From assembly GCA_019429125.1 (NCBI GenBank), contig JAHYJO010000010.1, forward strand, positions 1 through 52,865: a stretch of 52,865 bases of DNA, in the 5' to 3' direction. Source of the stretch: Nanobdellati archaeon. Its GTDB lineage: Archaea; EX4484-52; GLR71. The translations under genes and the position numbers were made by a program. Each line of letters starts with the position of its first letter. Positions within the stretch are counted from its first letter, which is position 1. A model generated the notes under the pieces. It worked only from the letters and a program-made list of their open reading frames with translations, was not told the origin of the DNA and made no database searches. Positions 18,425 to 27,552 of the stretch are shown here, piece by piece.

Positions 18425-19330
18425 AATCACTGCTTCTGCCGCATGGATACACATCCTCTTATCTGCCTCAACTGTCATTGCGCCTAAATGAGGTGTCAAC
18501 ACCACATTGTCAAGAGATAATAGTCTTTTATCGTTTATTGGTTCTGAATCAAAAACGTCAAGAGCTGCGCCTTTTATGCTTTTTGTTTCAAGAGCTACAA
18601 TCAATTCTTTCTGGTCAATTACAGGACCCCGTGAGGTATTAACTATTATGGCTGTAGGTTTCATTGATGACAAAAATTCTTTCCCTACAAGATGTCGTGT
18701 AGACTCAAAAAGCGGAACATGGACTGATACTATGTCTGACTCGCGCGCTATATCTAATATGTCTTCTTTTTTTGTTACACCTTCTTTTTTCATTGCTTCA
18801 ACTGATACAAAAGGATCATAGGCTATTATTTTCATGCCGAATGCAGAAGCAATTTGCGCAACGCGCAAACCAATAAGACCAATTCCTACAAGACCTAATG
18901 TCTTGCCGTTCAGTTCTTCGCCGATAAATAGGTTTCTGTCCCAGCCCTTTTCACCTTTTACATAACTGTCTGCAGCATGAATGTTTCTCAATAAAGACAA
19001 AGACAGGGCAAAGACGTGCTCTGCAACTGATATAAAGTTTGCGCGAGGTGTGTTTCTTACTTCAATACCTTTCGATTTCGCATAACTTACATCAACATTG
19101 TCAAGACCTACGCCTGCACGGACTATCAGCTTGAGGTTTTTTGCTGAATTTATCACATCTTTTGTAAGTTTGGTATAGGTGCGGATGATTATTGCATTAT
19201 ATTGATTAATATTAGTTATTAGTGTCTCTGCTGTTGTTTTTCCATCAATGGATATGTCTAATCCTTTTTCAGATTTAAGAAGTCTTATAGCTTCAATATC
19301 TAATTTTTCTGTCACAAGCACTTTTGCCAT
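18386..19330 (-). CDS. serA: D-3-phosphoglycerate / D-2-hydroxyacid dehydrogenase (no ACT domain)
   Basis: RAGVGLDNVD, GIGLIG, NTSRG, AALDVF, TPHLGA. Start at MAKVLVTE behind a GGTG SD. Confidence 0.85.
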   Translation of the reverse strand: MAKVLVTEKLDIEAIRLLKSEKGLDISIDGKTTAETLITNINQYNAIIIRTYTKLTKDVINSAKNLKLIVRAGVGLDNVDVSYAKSKGIEVRNTPRANFISVAEHVFALSLSLLRNIHAADSYVKGEKGWDRNLFIGEELNGKTLGLVGIGLIGLRVAQIASAFGMKIIAYDPFVSVEAMKKEGVTKKEDILDIARESDIVSVHVPLFESTRHLVGKEFLSSMKPTAIIVNTSRGPVIDQKELIVALETKSIKGAALDVFDSEPINDKRLLSLDNVVLTPHLGAMTVEADKRMCIHAAEAVIEFFKNFDDFTSR

Positions 19331-19386
19331 AAAAACACCTAAACTACAATTTAACAATAACTATTAAATATATATAGGAACAATTA

Positions 19387-20265
19387 ATGAATATGCTTGA
19401 ATACTTCATATTTATACTTATGATTATAATTGGCTGCGCCATTATCGTTTTTTCATTAGATAAAAAACGAGGTGGTATGAAACATAATAATAATTATGTT
19501 GGATTATCTTCTAAAGGTATAATGACAAAAACTAGACCGGTTAACTATTGTCGGCCTACAAAATATTCTAGTGAACCTAAAGACAAAGTAGATACCCTAT
19601 TCACTTCAGGCAAACAGATTGACAATAAGGACAGATACAACAGGATTATGGAACGTAAAAAAAATATCAAACCTGGCGAAATCGAGATTCCTCTCAATGC
19701 ATGGAATAAGAACGAACAAAAAAGTAAAGGATTTGTAAAACCTCAGCCCATCAAGCAGAGCGGTAAATATGGACACCTATTCATTTCTGATTCATCTGCA
19801 TCTGCAAGCAAGCTTGCAAAACTTAAGATGCGCGCAATGGAAGTATATGATGACCAGTATACAAAAGAAGATATGCCTAAAGAAGATGAAAAGCCTTCTA
19901 TATTCTCTATGTTCGGAGGAGATGATGAAAACGAAGATGATAAAAGACAAGCATATCAACCATTACCGCAATCAAATGGATTTAGGCAAGAGATACAACA
20001 AGAAAACTCTTTCAGGAACACATATCGTCAACCTATGACTGAAGAGTCAAGCATGTCAGAACCAAGAAGTTTTATTGAACCTGTAAATAATAATTTTAAT
20101 AATATACATGAACCTATGCAAGATACTTTTTCACCATTACCTCAAAAAAATAATTATGATGAGGAGGCAAAAGAAGAGGCTTTCAACCGTATGCTTAGAT
20201 TTGAACCTAAAAAAGATGTGCCACCAAAAAAGAAAGATAATAATGAATGGACACCTATCTTCTGA
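19387..20265 (+). CDS. Hypothetical protein with an N-terminal membrane anchor and low-complexity body
   Basis: 292-aa ORF with one N-terminal TM helix; P/Q/E/N-rich. Confidence 0.75.
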   Translation: MNMLEYFIFILMIIIGCAIIVFSLDKKRGGMKHNNNYVGLSSKGIMTKTRPVNYCRPTKYSSEPKDKVDTLFTSGKQIDNKDRYNRIMERKKNIKPGEIEIPLNAWNKNEQKSKGFVKPQPIKQSGKYGHLFISDSSASASKLAKLKMRAMEVYDDQYTKEDMPKEDEKPSIFSMFGGDDENEDDKRQAYQPLPQSNGFRQEIQQENSFRNTYRQPMTEESSMSEPRSFIEPVNNNFNNIHEPMQDTFSPLPQKNNYDEEAKEEAFNRMLRFEPKKDVPPKKKDNNEWTPIF

Positions 20266-20269
20266 AATA

Positions 20270-20698
20270 TTATAAAAAGAATAAGGCCAGAACAATATAC
20301 CTTACTAATTTTCCAGTAAATACGTATAGGTAAAACTTCTTTAAGTCTGAACCTATGATGCCTGCAAATATGGTCAGAGCATCACCTATTATGGGTACCC
20401 ATGAAAAAAATAGTATTGGCGTACCGTACCTGTTAAAAAGAGTTGTTGATTTTTTGAACTGTTTGCTTTCAAGCTTTATGTATCTTGAAAGAAATGTCTT
20501 CTCACCATAAAAACCCACATAATAGTTTATAAGAGATCCTAAAAAATTACCTGTTGTAGCAATTATTATCAATAATGGTATATTGTGCCCTGAGTATGTA
20601 AGATATGCAAAAAGCCCTTCTGAACCTAAAGGAAGTATTGTGGATGCTAGAAAAGCTGTTACAAACATTGAACCATAGACATAAATAAAATCAATCAT
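20270..20698 (-). CDS. YqaA/DedA family membrane protein
   Basis: FLASTILPLGSE, GNFLGS..NYYVG, SWVPIIGD. Confidence 0.88.
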   Translation of the reverse strand: MIDFIYVYGSMFVTAFLASTILPLGSEGLFAYLTYSGHNIPLLIIIATTGNFLGSLINYYVGFYGEKTFLSRYIKLESKQFKKSTTLFNRYGTPILFFSWVPIIGDALTIFAGIIGSDLKKFYLYVFTGKLVRYIVLALFFL

Positions 20699-20807
20699 AA
20701 TAATTCTTTTTGTTGTATTTATTTAAAAATAATTGAAATCTTATCATAAACAATGAAAAGAAATATAAACCTAACGATAAAATCTTAAATATACATTTTA
20801 TGTAAGT

Positions 20808-21767
20808 GTGTTCTTTATGAAAATGATTACTGACTACAAAAAGCTGTTGATTATCTCATTTATCCTTATTTTCTTTTCAGTAGGGGTACTCGGATACAAT
20901 TATTTACAGACTGGAGAAATCCTTGACAAGAGCATTGATTTTAAGGGAGGTACAGTAGCGTCTGTTGTGGTTCTTTCTGGTACTGTTGATGTTTCTGCAA
21001 TTAAGGATGTGGCAAATGACAAAATTGGTCAGGTTGTTGTGAGGACTTCAACTAGCGATGAAGACACAAGCATAATATTTGAAAGCGAAAATGTAATGCA
21101 GGACAAAGACATTATTGACATACTTGATTTAGCAGGAATCTCATATGATTCAAATGACATCAATATACAGTCTGTTGGTGCAGCTCTTGGTGCTGAATTT
21201 ATGAAACAGGCACTTATAGCTGTCATGTTCGCATTCGGGTTTATGGCTATCATAATTTTTCTTACATTTAAAACATTCGTACCATCCATTGCAATTATCG
21301 CTTCTGCAACTGTTGACATACTTTTTGCAATGGCACTTATGGTTATTTTTGGTGTAACCCTTAATCTTGGTACCTTGGCTGCACTATTATTACTTATCGG
21401 TTATTCGGTTGATACTGATATCCTTCTCACTACAAGATTAATCAAAAGAAAAGGTGAAGGCACATTGGATGAAAGAGTAGCATCGGCAATGAAAACAGGT
21501 GTCACTATGACTACTTCGGCAATTACAGCATTTGCCGTCTTGTATCTTGTGTCCACATCAGTTGTACTTGACCAGATTGCACTTGTTATAATATTCGGGC
21601 TTCTAGCTGACTATATAACCACATGGTTTCAAAATGTTGGACTTTTAAAATGGTATCTCCGTGATGAAGAAAAGGTTGAAGAAGAAACTGTGAAAAAAAA
21701 ACCAAGATATGTAAGACGACAGGAAAACAATAAAAAACAAACTAAAAAAAAGGGTAAGAAAAAATGA
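20808..21767 (+). CDS. secF: Protein translocase subunit SecF
   Basis: IDFKGGT, IGYSVDTDILLTTR, FGLLAD. The start may be ATG 20817. Confidence 0.92.
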   Translation: MFFMKMITDYKKLLIISFILIFFSVGVLGYNYLQTGEILDKSIDFKGGTVASVVVLSGTVDVSAIKDVANDKIGQVVVRTSTSDEDTSIIFESENVMQDKDIIDILDLAGISYDSNDINIQSVGAALGAEFMKQALIAVMFAFGFMAIIIFLTFKTFVPSIAIIASATVDILFAMALMVIFGVTLNLGTLAALLLLIGYSVDTDILLTTRLIKRKGEGTLDERVASAMKTGVTMTTSAITAFAVLYLVSTSVVLDQIALVIIFGLLADYITTWFQNVGLLKWYLRDEEKVEEETVKKKPRYVRRQENNKKQTKKKGKKK

Positions 21768-23203
21768 ACTACAATAAATTGCTCAAAGACTGGAGAATCG
21801 TGATGCTTTTTGTGGCAATCATAGTTTCTATCATATTTATACATCCAATCTATACTTTGCAGGACGATGGGACTGCTACAATTACTACTAGTATAAAGAA
21901 GGGTCTTGACCTTGAAGGAGGAGTCAGGGCATTGATGTTGCCGGAAAATCCTGAACTTTTAGATAAAGCAATAACTACACTTAATGTGCGTGTGAATACT
22001 TTAGGTCTTACTGAAACTAGAATTATGTCTGTTGGGTCTAAATATATACAAGTTGAGATGGCAGGTCTTGGTGAGGCTGAAATCCGAAAAATACTTGAAC
22101 AGCAAGGCAAATTTGACGCCAAAATAAAGAGGCATGTAGAAACCAAAGATGGTTTAGGTACGTTAGAATTTGGCGGAAATTATGATGTTACTTTAGATGA
22201 TGATATAATTACTGTTAATGGTGAAATACTAAAAATCAATGATACTATAACTCTTGAAGGCATTGTCTTTAAATACACAAATATCACTGGAAATACTGTT
22301 GAACTTACGGGTCTTGCATACACAGGTGATGATATTGTCAAAGTTTTCGGTGACGCACAGCATGCACGTGTACAGCCAACGGATAATGGATATCAGTTCA
22401 GTTTTCAGATAATGGTAAATTCAAATGCAGCTTCACGGTTTGCTAAATTAACTGAGAAAGTCCCTGTTGATTTCAGTACAACTGGTGGTTACCTTAAAGA
22501 AAACATTGACCTTTATCTTGATGATGTCATGGTCGATTCATTAAGAATCGGATCTGGGCTTAAAGGTACAATTGAGACTACCATAACTATAAGTGGTCCT
22601 GGTGAAACTCAGCAAGATGCAATTGATAAGATGCGAAATATGCAGGCAATTCTTGAATCTGGTGCACTGCCTACAAAGCTTGAGATTGTTAAAATTGATA
22701 GGATTAGTCCTACTCTTGGAAAAGAATTCATGAGCACTGCTATACTTGCAATCATATTTGCAATAGCTGTTGTAAGTATTGTTATATTTATTAGATATCG
22801 TGATGTACGTATTGTACTTCCGATCATGATGACTTCATTGAGTGAAGTTCTTATCATTTTAGGTGTGGCCTCATTTATCAACTGGACTATTGACCTTGCT
22901 GCAATTGCTGGTATTATTGCTGCTGTCGGTACAGGTGTTGATGACCAGATTATAATTGCTGATGAAAGTAGCAAGAAAGAGAAGACTATGACCAGCCTTA
23001 AAGCAAAGATGGCTAATGCATTCTTTATCATATTCACTGCAGCATTCACAACTATTGCTGCTATGGTACCACTACTTTTCATGGGTGCGGGCGCACTTAG
23101 AGGGTTTGCACTGACTACTATTATAGGTGTACTTATCGGTGTACTTATAACTCGACCTGCTTTCGGAAGGGTTATCAAAGAGATTAAAGAAGAGATGGAA
23201 TAA
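21764..23203 (+). CDS. secD: Protein translocase subunit SecD
   Basis: GLDLEGG, SGALP, ISPTLG, GTGVDDQIII, LRGFALTT. Confidence 0.93.
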   Translation: MNYNKLLKDWRIVMLFVAIIVSIIFIHPIYTLQDDGTATITTSIKKGLDLEGGVRALMLPENPELLDKAITTLNVRVNTLGLTETRIMSVGSKYIQVEMAGLGEAEIRKILEQQGKFDAKIKRHVETKDGLGTLEFGGNYDVTLDDDIITVNGEILKINDTITLEGIVFKYTNITGNTVELTGLAYTGDDIVKVFGDAQHARVQPTDNGYQFSFQIMVNSNAASRFAKLTEKVPVDFSTTGGYLKENIDLYLDDVMVDSLRIGSGLKGTIETTITISGPGETQQDAIDKMRNMQAILESGALPTKLEIVKIDRISPTLGKEFMSTAILAIIFAIAVVSIVIFIRYRDVRIVLPIMMTSLSEVLIILGVASFINWTIDLAAIAGIIAAVGTGVDDQIIIADESSKKEKTMTSLKAKMANAFFIIFTAAFTTIAAMVPLLFMGAGALRGFALTTIIGVLIGVLITRPAFGRVIKEIKEEME

Positions 23204-23223
23204 GTTATCTATTTTATTTTTTA

Positions 23224-23480
23224 GTACTTGTTTAACTAAATTTTGTCTTAATTGCTTACGATTTTTTTGATAGGGTCATTATTTGTTGAAATATTTTTAA
23301 GTTATAATTTTCTACGTTACTTGCGGGCTATCGATTTTACAAAAAAGGAGTAAATATTTTTTAACAAAAATTAACTACACATTTTCAAGCCGTAGCTATT
23401 GATTTTATAAAAAGTATAATGTATGTAAGTTACATCATAATGGTCATAGCATGCCGATTATTTTTTTGCTAAACAAGTAC
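23224..23480 (+). mobile_element. MITE family A, copy 1 (257 bp)
   Basis: TIR GTACTTGTTTA(A/G)C...GCTAAACAAGTAC; exact 8-bp TSD ATTTTTTA (23216-23223 / 23481-23488). Confidence 0.92.
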
Positions 23481-23607
23481 ATTTTTTATATTTATTTAGT
23501 TCTTTTTGTATTTCATCAAATTGTTTTTCTTTTAATTCTAACTGTGCTTTTATGCTATAAATAAGTTCAATTAATTGTGTTCTATCCATATCATCTATAT
23601 TTGGCAT
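23458..23607 (-). pseudogene. 49-aa coiled-coil ORF, possibly the N-terminal stub of an IS66-type transposase
   Basis: MPNIDDMDRTQLIELIYSIKAQLELKEKQFDEIQKELNKYKK then runs into the MITE. Starts ~85 bp inside an orphan TIR at 23678-23693. Confidence 0.45.
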
Positions 23608-23710
23608 TAGGTCTATATATTATAATTGTTTGTAGTAGTTTTGTTTTTAGGTTAGGTATTATAGAAATTTATAGAAATTTGCTAAACAAATACTATTTTT
23701 TTATTTAATA

Positions 23711-23974
23711 TCACAACTCAATAGCAAGGTCTAAATTCTTTTCAGATATGTTTTCATTCTTCAACTTTATCAGTTTAAGGTTTATCTTGTAAGGCGTGAA
23801 GTCTGCGTATTCCTCGAATATCTGAGGATATTTCTGTATTAGGCGGCGTGAGATCTCCATGTGAAGCTTGGACTGGCGAGATAGTTCTCGGATCCATAAA
23901 CCAGTCGGATTCTCTTTCAAGATATTTATTAGCTTAAGAAGGTTCTTGCGCTCTTTGTCTGTCATTTTCGCCAT
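23711..23974 (-). CDS. Small winged-helix/HTH protein
   Basis: LKENPTGLWIRELSRQSKLHMEISRRLI HTH pattern. Confidence 0.75.
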   Translation of the reverse strand: MAKMTDKERKNLLKLINILKENPTGLWIRELSRQSKLHMEISRRLIQKYPQIFEEYADFTPYKINLKLIKLKNENISEKNLDLAIEL

Positions 23975-24010
23975 GAGTATATTATGGTAGGTGACACATA
24001 TATATGTATT

Positions 24011-24934
24011 TTAGAATTCACTCAATATCTTTTGAGCACCGAAATTGTGGGACTTGGCAAGGACAAAGTTCCAGAGGTCATCTACTTTCTTGAACTTGAG
24101 GTTCAATATATTGTCATAACCACGGCCTGCGCTCTTCAACGATGCCATGGTATTTCCTACAATGGCTGACCTTACAGGGTCTCGTATATTGTGATAGGAT
24201 GCAAGGAACGCGCCTGAAAATGTATCGCCTGAACCTGTGGGGTCTTTCATCATAGTATTGTAGATTGTCGGAGCAAACTGGATAGTTTTGCCTTTTATGA
24301 CTATTGAGCCCAAGCCTCCAAGAGTCACTATGATTATTGTCTTCGGATAATTTTTTGAGAGAATGTGTGTCGCTATGTCTGTACGGTTGGTAGATGTCAG
24401 TTTTTGAGCCTCTATCTCGTTTGCCACAAAGATGTCTGCTGAATCTATCAGCTTAGTGAATTGTTTCTTATACTTGTCTATGAAAGGATAATGCGTGTTT
24501 ACCAGAATCAGTGAACGTGGAGACTTACTCCTTATCTTTTTTATGAAAGCAAGCTGTTTTGTCGGCGCCATCTGAGTTATAAGAAAAGATGTGTCCTGCA
24601 CCAGCAACTGTTCTGGTATTGATTTTGTAGTTAGTCTTTTATCAATATCTACGTTGTATCTTGGATATTCTGCCTCAAAATTTTCATCTATTTTTATCTC
24701 TAAATTTTTTGATACGTGATTTATAGTCTTTAGGTTTTTTAGATCTATGCCTTTGTTTGTGAATATTTCAAGAAAATCTTTAGGGTAATCTTTGCCAATT
24801 TTTCCTACTATGGCTGTCTTTGTCAATGCTGATGCTGAAATTGCCGAGTATACTGATGCCCCACCAGGATGAATCCTTGTCTCATTATTTAAAGTGACTG
24901 TGTCCAATGAGGGATTGCCTATCATAACTATCGT
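24011..24934 (-). CDS. PfkB/ribokinase-family kinase with a C-terminal PIP-like motif
   Basis: PGGASVY, NEIEA, VTLGGLGS, DPTGSGDTFSGAF; ends QKILSEF. Start probably ACG 24934 (track gives ATG 24925). Confidence 0.88.
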   Translation of the reverse strand, partial: TIVMIGNPSLDTVTLNNETRIHPGGASVYSAISASALTKTAIVGKIGKDYPKDFLEIFTNKGIDLKNLKTINHVSKNLEIKIDENFEAEYPRYNVDIDKRLTTKSIPEQLLVQDTSFLITQMAPTKQLAFIKKIRSKSPRSLILVNTHYPFIDKYKKQFTKLIDSADIFVANEIEAQKLTSTNRTDIATHILSKNYPKTIIIVTLGGLGSIVIKGKTIQFAPTIYNTMMKDPTGSGDTFSGAFLASYHNIRDPVRSAIVGNTMASLKSAGRGYDNILNLKFKKVDDLWNFVLAKSHNFGAQKILSEF

Positions 24935-24940
24935 AAAATA

Positions 24941-25330
24941 TCACCTATTGTCTCTTGTGTTATAATTGTACCGAATCTCTTTAAACTCTACCTTTTTCAT
25001 CTTGACAAGGTGCTCTATCTTTTTTTCCATCTGTGTCTTGACTGCATTGCCACTCTTAAATTCCAGGAACACTATCTTGTCGTCACCAAAATATATTCCG
25101 TCTATGGGCTGGCCTAAGGCATAAAACTTTTTTCGGTCATAGGGGAACAGGTCGTCAAAAAATGGGATGAACTCTTCTATCTGCTTGCCGAATCGTATAC
25201 GTAAGCTGCGGATGTCGTGGTTTACTATGTTGAATTTGTCTTCAAGTGCCTTGTACCGTCGCTCTTTGTCTGTAAGGTACATTATAAGGAAGATTACAAA
25301 GACTACAAGGATGAATTCAATAAGTGTCAT
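24941..25330 (-). CDS. Membrane-anchored Holliday-junction-resolvase-like endonuclease (Endonuc_Holl type)
   Basis: N-terminal TM, GKQIEEFIPFF..FPYD, LGQPIDGIYF, IVFLEFKSG (PD-(D/E)xK). Confidence 0.82.
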   Translation of the reverse strand: MTLIEFILVVFVIFLIMYLTDKERRYKALEDKFNIVNHDIRSLRIRFGKQIEEFIPFFDDLFPYDRKKFYALGQPIDGIYFGDDKIVFLEFKSGNAVKTQMEKKIEHLVKMKKVEFKEIRYNYNTRDNR

Positions 25331-25393
25331 AGAATCTATAATTAAGTTGTCAAGGATAAATAAAAATGTTTGTGGTATATATGAAAAAATAAT

Positions 25394-25954
25394 TTAAACA
25401 AATGATAATAATGTATATTTGCCCAGTCTTAAATTCTTAGAAGTTATTATTGTTTCAACTTCTGTTTTATGTTTTTCAAAAATTTCATCTGTGAACAAAT
25501 CAATACATATTATTGGTTTTTTATTATCATCTAATTCTACTGTTCGTACAAATACATCAACTGAATATGTCATTTCACCTATCTCTCTAGCGACCTCATA
25601 TATTTTTTCGATGTCATAGGGAGATTCTATACGTATACCAATATAATTTTTTGCATGGTTTCCTTTAATTATCTGTTTTAGTGTGTCTTCACATTCAATT
25701 GATATGTCGCAACCTTTTAGGTCTGAATCTAGATCCATATGTTTTCTAAACAAACCAACAATATCTTTTGACAAATAGGTATCGATAACCTCTCCTGTTA
25801 AAAATATACCTGGTGCAGATATAGATTTACCATATCTAGATAAATTATTAAAATATGAATATTTTGTATTGTCTAATTTAAATGTACTAAAACTATTTTT
25901 GAGTTCATCAACTGTTTTATTTTCAAAATAGATTAGACCTCTTATCATTTGCAT
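25394..25954 (-). CDS. Hypothetical protein
   Basis: 186-aa ORF in operon orientation; no recognisable motif. Confidence 0.65.
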   Translation of the reverse strand: MQMIRGLIYFENKTVDELKNSFSTFKLDNTKYSYFNNLSRYGKSISAPGIFLTGEVIDTYLSKDIVGLFRKHMDLDSDLKGCDISIECEDTLKQIIKGNHAKNYIGIRIESPYDIEKIYEVAREIGEMTYSVDVFVRTVELDDNKKPIICIDLFTDEIFEKHKTEVETIITSKNLRLGKYTLLSFV

Positions 25955-25970
25955 AGTAATATCCTTTATT

Positions 25971-26189
25971 TTATTTTTTTATTGTGGGTTTTTTCTTTGG
26001 AGATATTGGTTTCTTTTTTTGAATAGATTGTGTCTCTGGACTTTTCTTTTGTGTTGTAGTTTTGGGTTTTTCTTGGATTGGTTTTGTTGCTTTCTTTACT
26101 TTCTTTTTTTGGGGAGTAGTTTTACTATTTTTATTTTGCTGTGAATATTTCATCCGCACCCTATCTCTTAACATTTGCAAAATATCCAT
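25971..26189 (-). CDS. Small Lys-rich basic protein
   Basis: 72 aa, K/T/P/Q-rich; fits gene packing. Confidence 0.5.
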   Translation of the reverse strand: MDILQMLRDRVRMKYSQQNKNSKTTPQKKKVKKATKPIQEKPKTTTQKKSPETQSIQKKKPISPKKKPTIKK

Positions 26190-26270
26190 ATTCTTTTTTG
26201 GGCGTTTTCAAATATATATCTATGGTTCGGCACTATGTATTAATATAAAGCTTATATCTTAAGATATTGT

Positions 26271-27035
26271 ATGGGTAGTTTATGGAATCGTATGATGCAT
26301 GCCATCAAAACCAGTGATGTGGTACTCGAAGTTGTAGATGCAAGAGCACCATTTTCTACTAGGTCTGAAAAACTTGAAAAGCTTATTTTCCAAATGGATA
26401 AAAAGCTTATCATAATTATAAATAAAAGTGATCTTGCCGACGAGGCACTTGTTGAAGCTGCACATAACGAAATTATGAAGACAATACCTTGCATATATGT
26501 GTCTGCACGAGAAAAAGAGGGCATAACGCATATCAAGAAAATGATAAACATGAACCGCCCAAAAGATAAAAAACAGGTAAGGGTATCGGTTGCAGGATAC
26601 CCAAATACTGGTAAAAGCAGTATTATTAATTATATTTCTGGAAGACATGCAGCAGGCGTTGCTCCTGTTCCTGGACATACAAGAGGAGAACAATGGATAA
26701 AAGTCAATGCAAGTATCATGCTTCTTGATACTCCTGGCGTTGTACCTTTTGGTGAAAATATTGAAATTACACAAGGGTTTGGCAGACCTGAAAAGATGAA
26801 AAATATAGAGGACTCAACTGAAGAGTTCATAAATAGTGTCGCATCTTCTAAATATAATAACATACAGGAACTTTACAAATTAACTGATGAGGAGTTGGCA
26901 TCGGGGGACATATTAACAGTCATCGCAAAAAAACGTGGTTTCCTCATCAAAGGCGGTAAAGTTGACATTAAAAGGGTAGCACAACAAGTTATCATTGACT
27001 GGAACACAGGCAAGATAAAGGCCTATGTTGACTGA
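26271..27035 (+). CDS. Circularly permuted ribosome-biogenesis GTPase (RbgA/YlqF family)
   Basis: DARAP, NKSDL (G4) before GYPNTGKSS (G1), G.T.G.QW, DTPG. Confidence 0.92.
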   Translation: MGSLWNRMMHAIKTSDVVLEVVDARAPFSTRSEKLEKLIFQMDKKLIIIINKSDLADEALVEAAHNEIMKTIPCIYVSAREKEGITHIKKMINMNRPKDKKQVRVSVAGYPNTGKSSIINYISGRHAAGVAPVPGHTRGEQWIKVNASIMLLDTPGVVPFGENIEITQGFGRPEKMKNIEDSTEEFINSVASSKYNNIQELYKLTDEELASGDILTVIAKKRGFLIKGGKVDIKRVAQQVIIDWNTGKIKAYVD

Positions 27036-27071
27036 AAAACATATATATATTTTTAACTATATATTTTTTAT

Positions 27072-27443
27072 ATGAAACGTTATGGGGTAGTTGTCGGAGT
27101 AATTAAATATAATGATAAAATCCTTTTTCTAAAACGAAATGAAAAAAAGAAAACGTCTCCAAAATTGTGGCAAACTGTTTCTGGGTACATAAAAAAATAT
27201 GAATCTGTTGAAGATGCGGTATTAAGAGAAGTAATTGAAGAGACTGGGCTTTGTAGTAATATCATCAAAACTGGTGAGATTGTAGAAGTCTGTGATAAAT
27301 ATGGACACTGGATTACTTTTCAATTCCTTGTAGCTGTCGATTCTGATATGGTTAAGATTGATAGCGATGAGCATACAGAATACAGATGGATTGATGTTTG
27401 CGATTTTGAAAAATTTGACTGCATTTCTGGAACAAAAGAATAA
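27072..27443 (+). CDS. NUDIX hydrolase
   Basis: SGYIKKYESVEDAVLREVIEETGL Nudix box; EHTEYRW. Confidence 0.88.
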   Translation: MKRYGVVVGVIKYNDKILFLKRNEKKKTSPKLWQTVSGYIKKYESVEDAVLREVIEETGLCSNIIKTGEIVEVCDKYGHWITFQFLVAVDSDMVKIDSDEHTEYRWIDVCDFEKFDCISGTKE

Positions 27444-27552
27444 TTTAATGTTTTGGAAATTATTCAACAGTGAAAATGACTTTAAAATGTCAAAGATATT
27501 TATACATAGTTTCTACAAGTAATTGTTAGAATATTAATTCAGGGCAATTATT

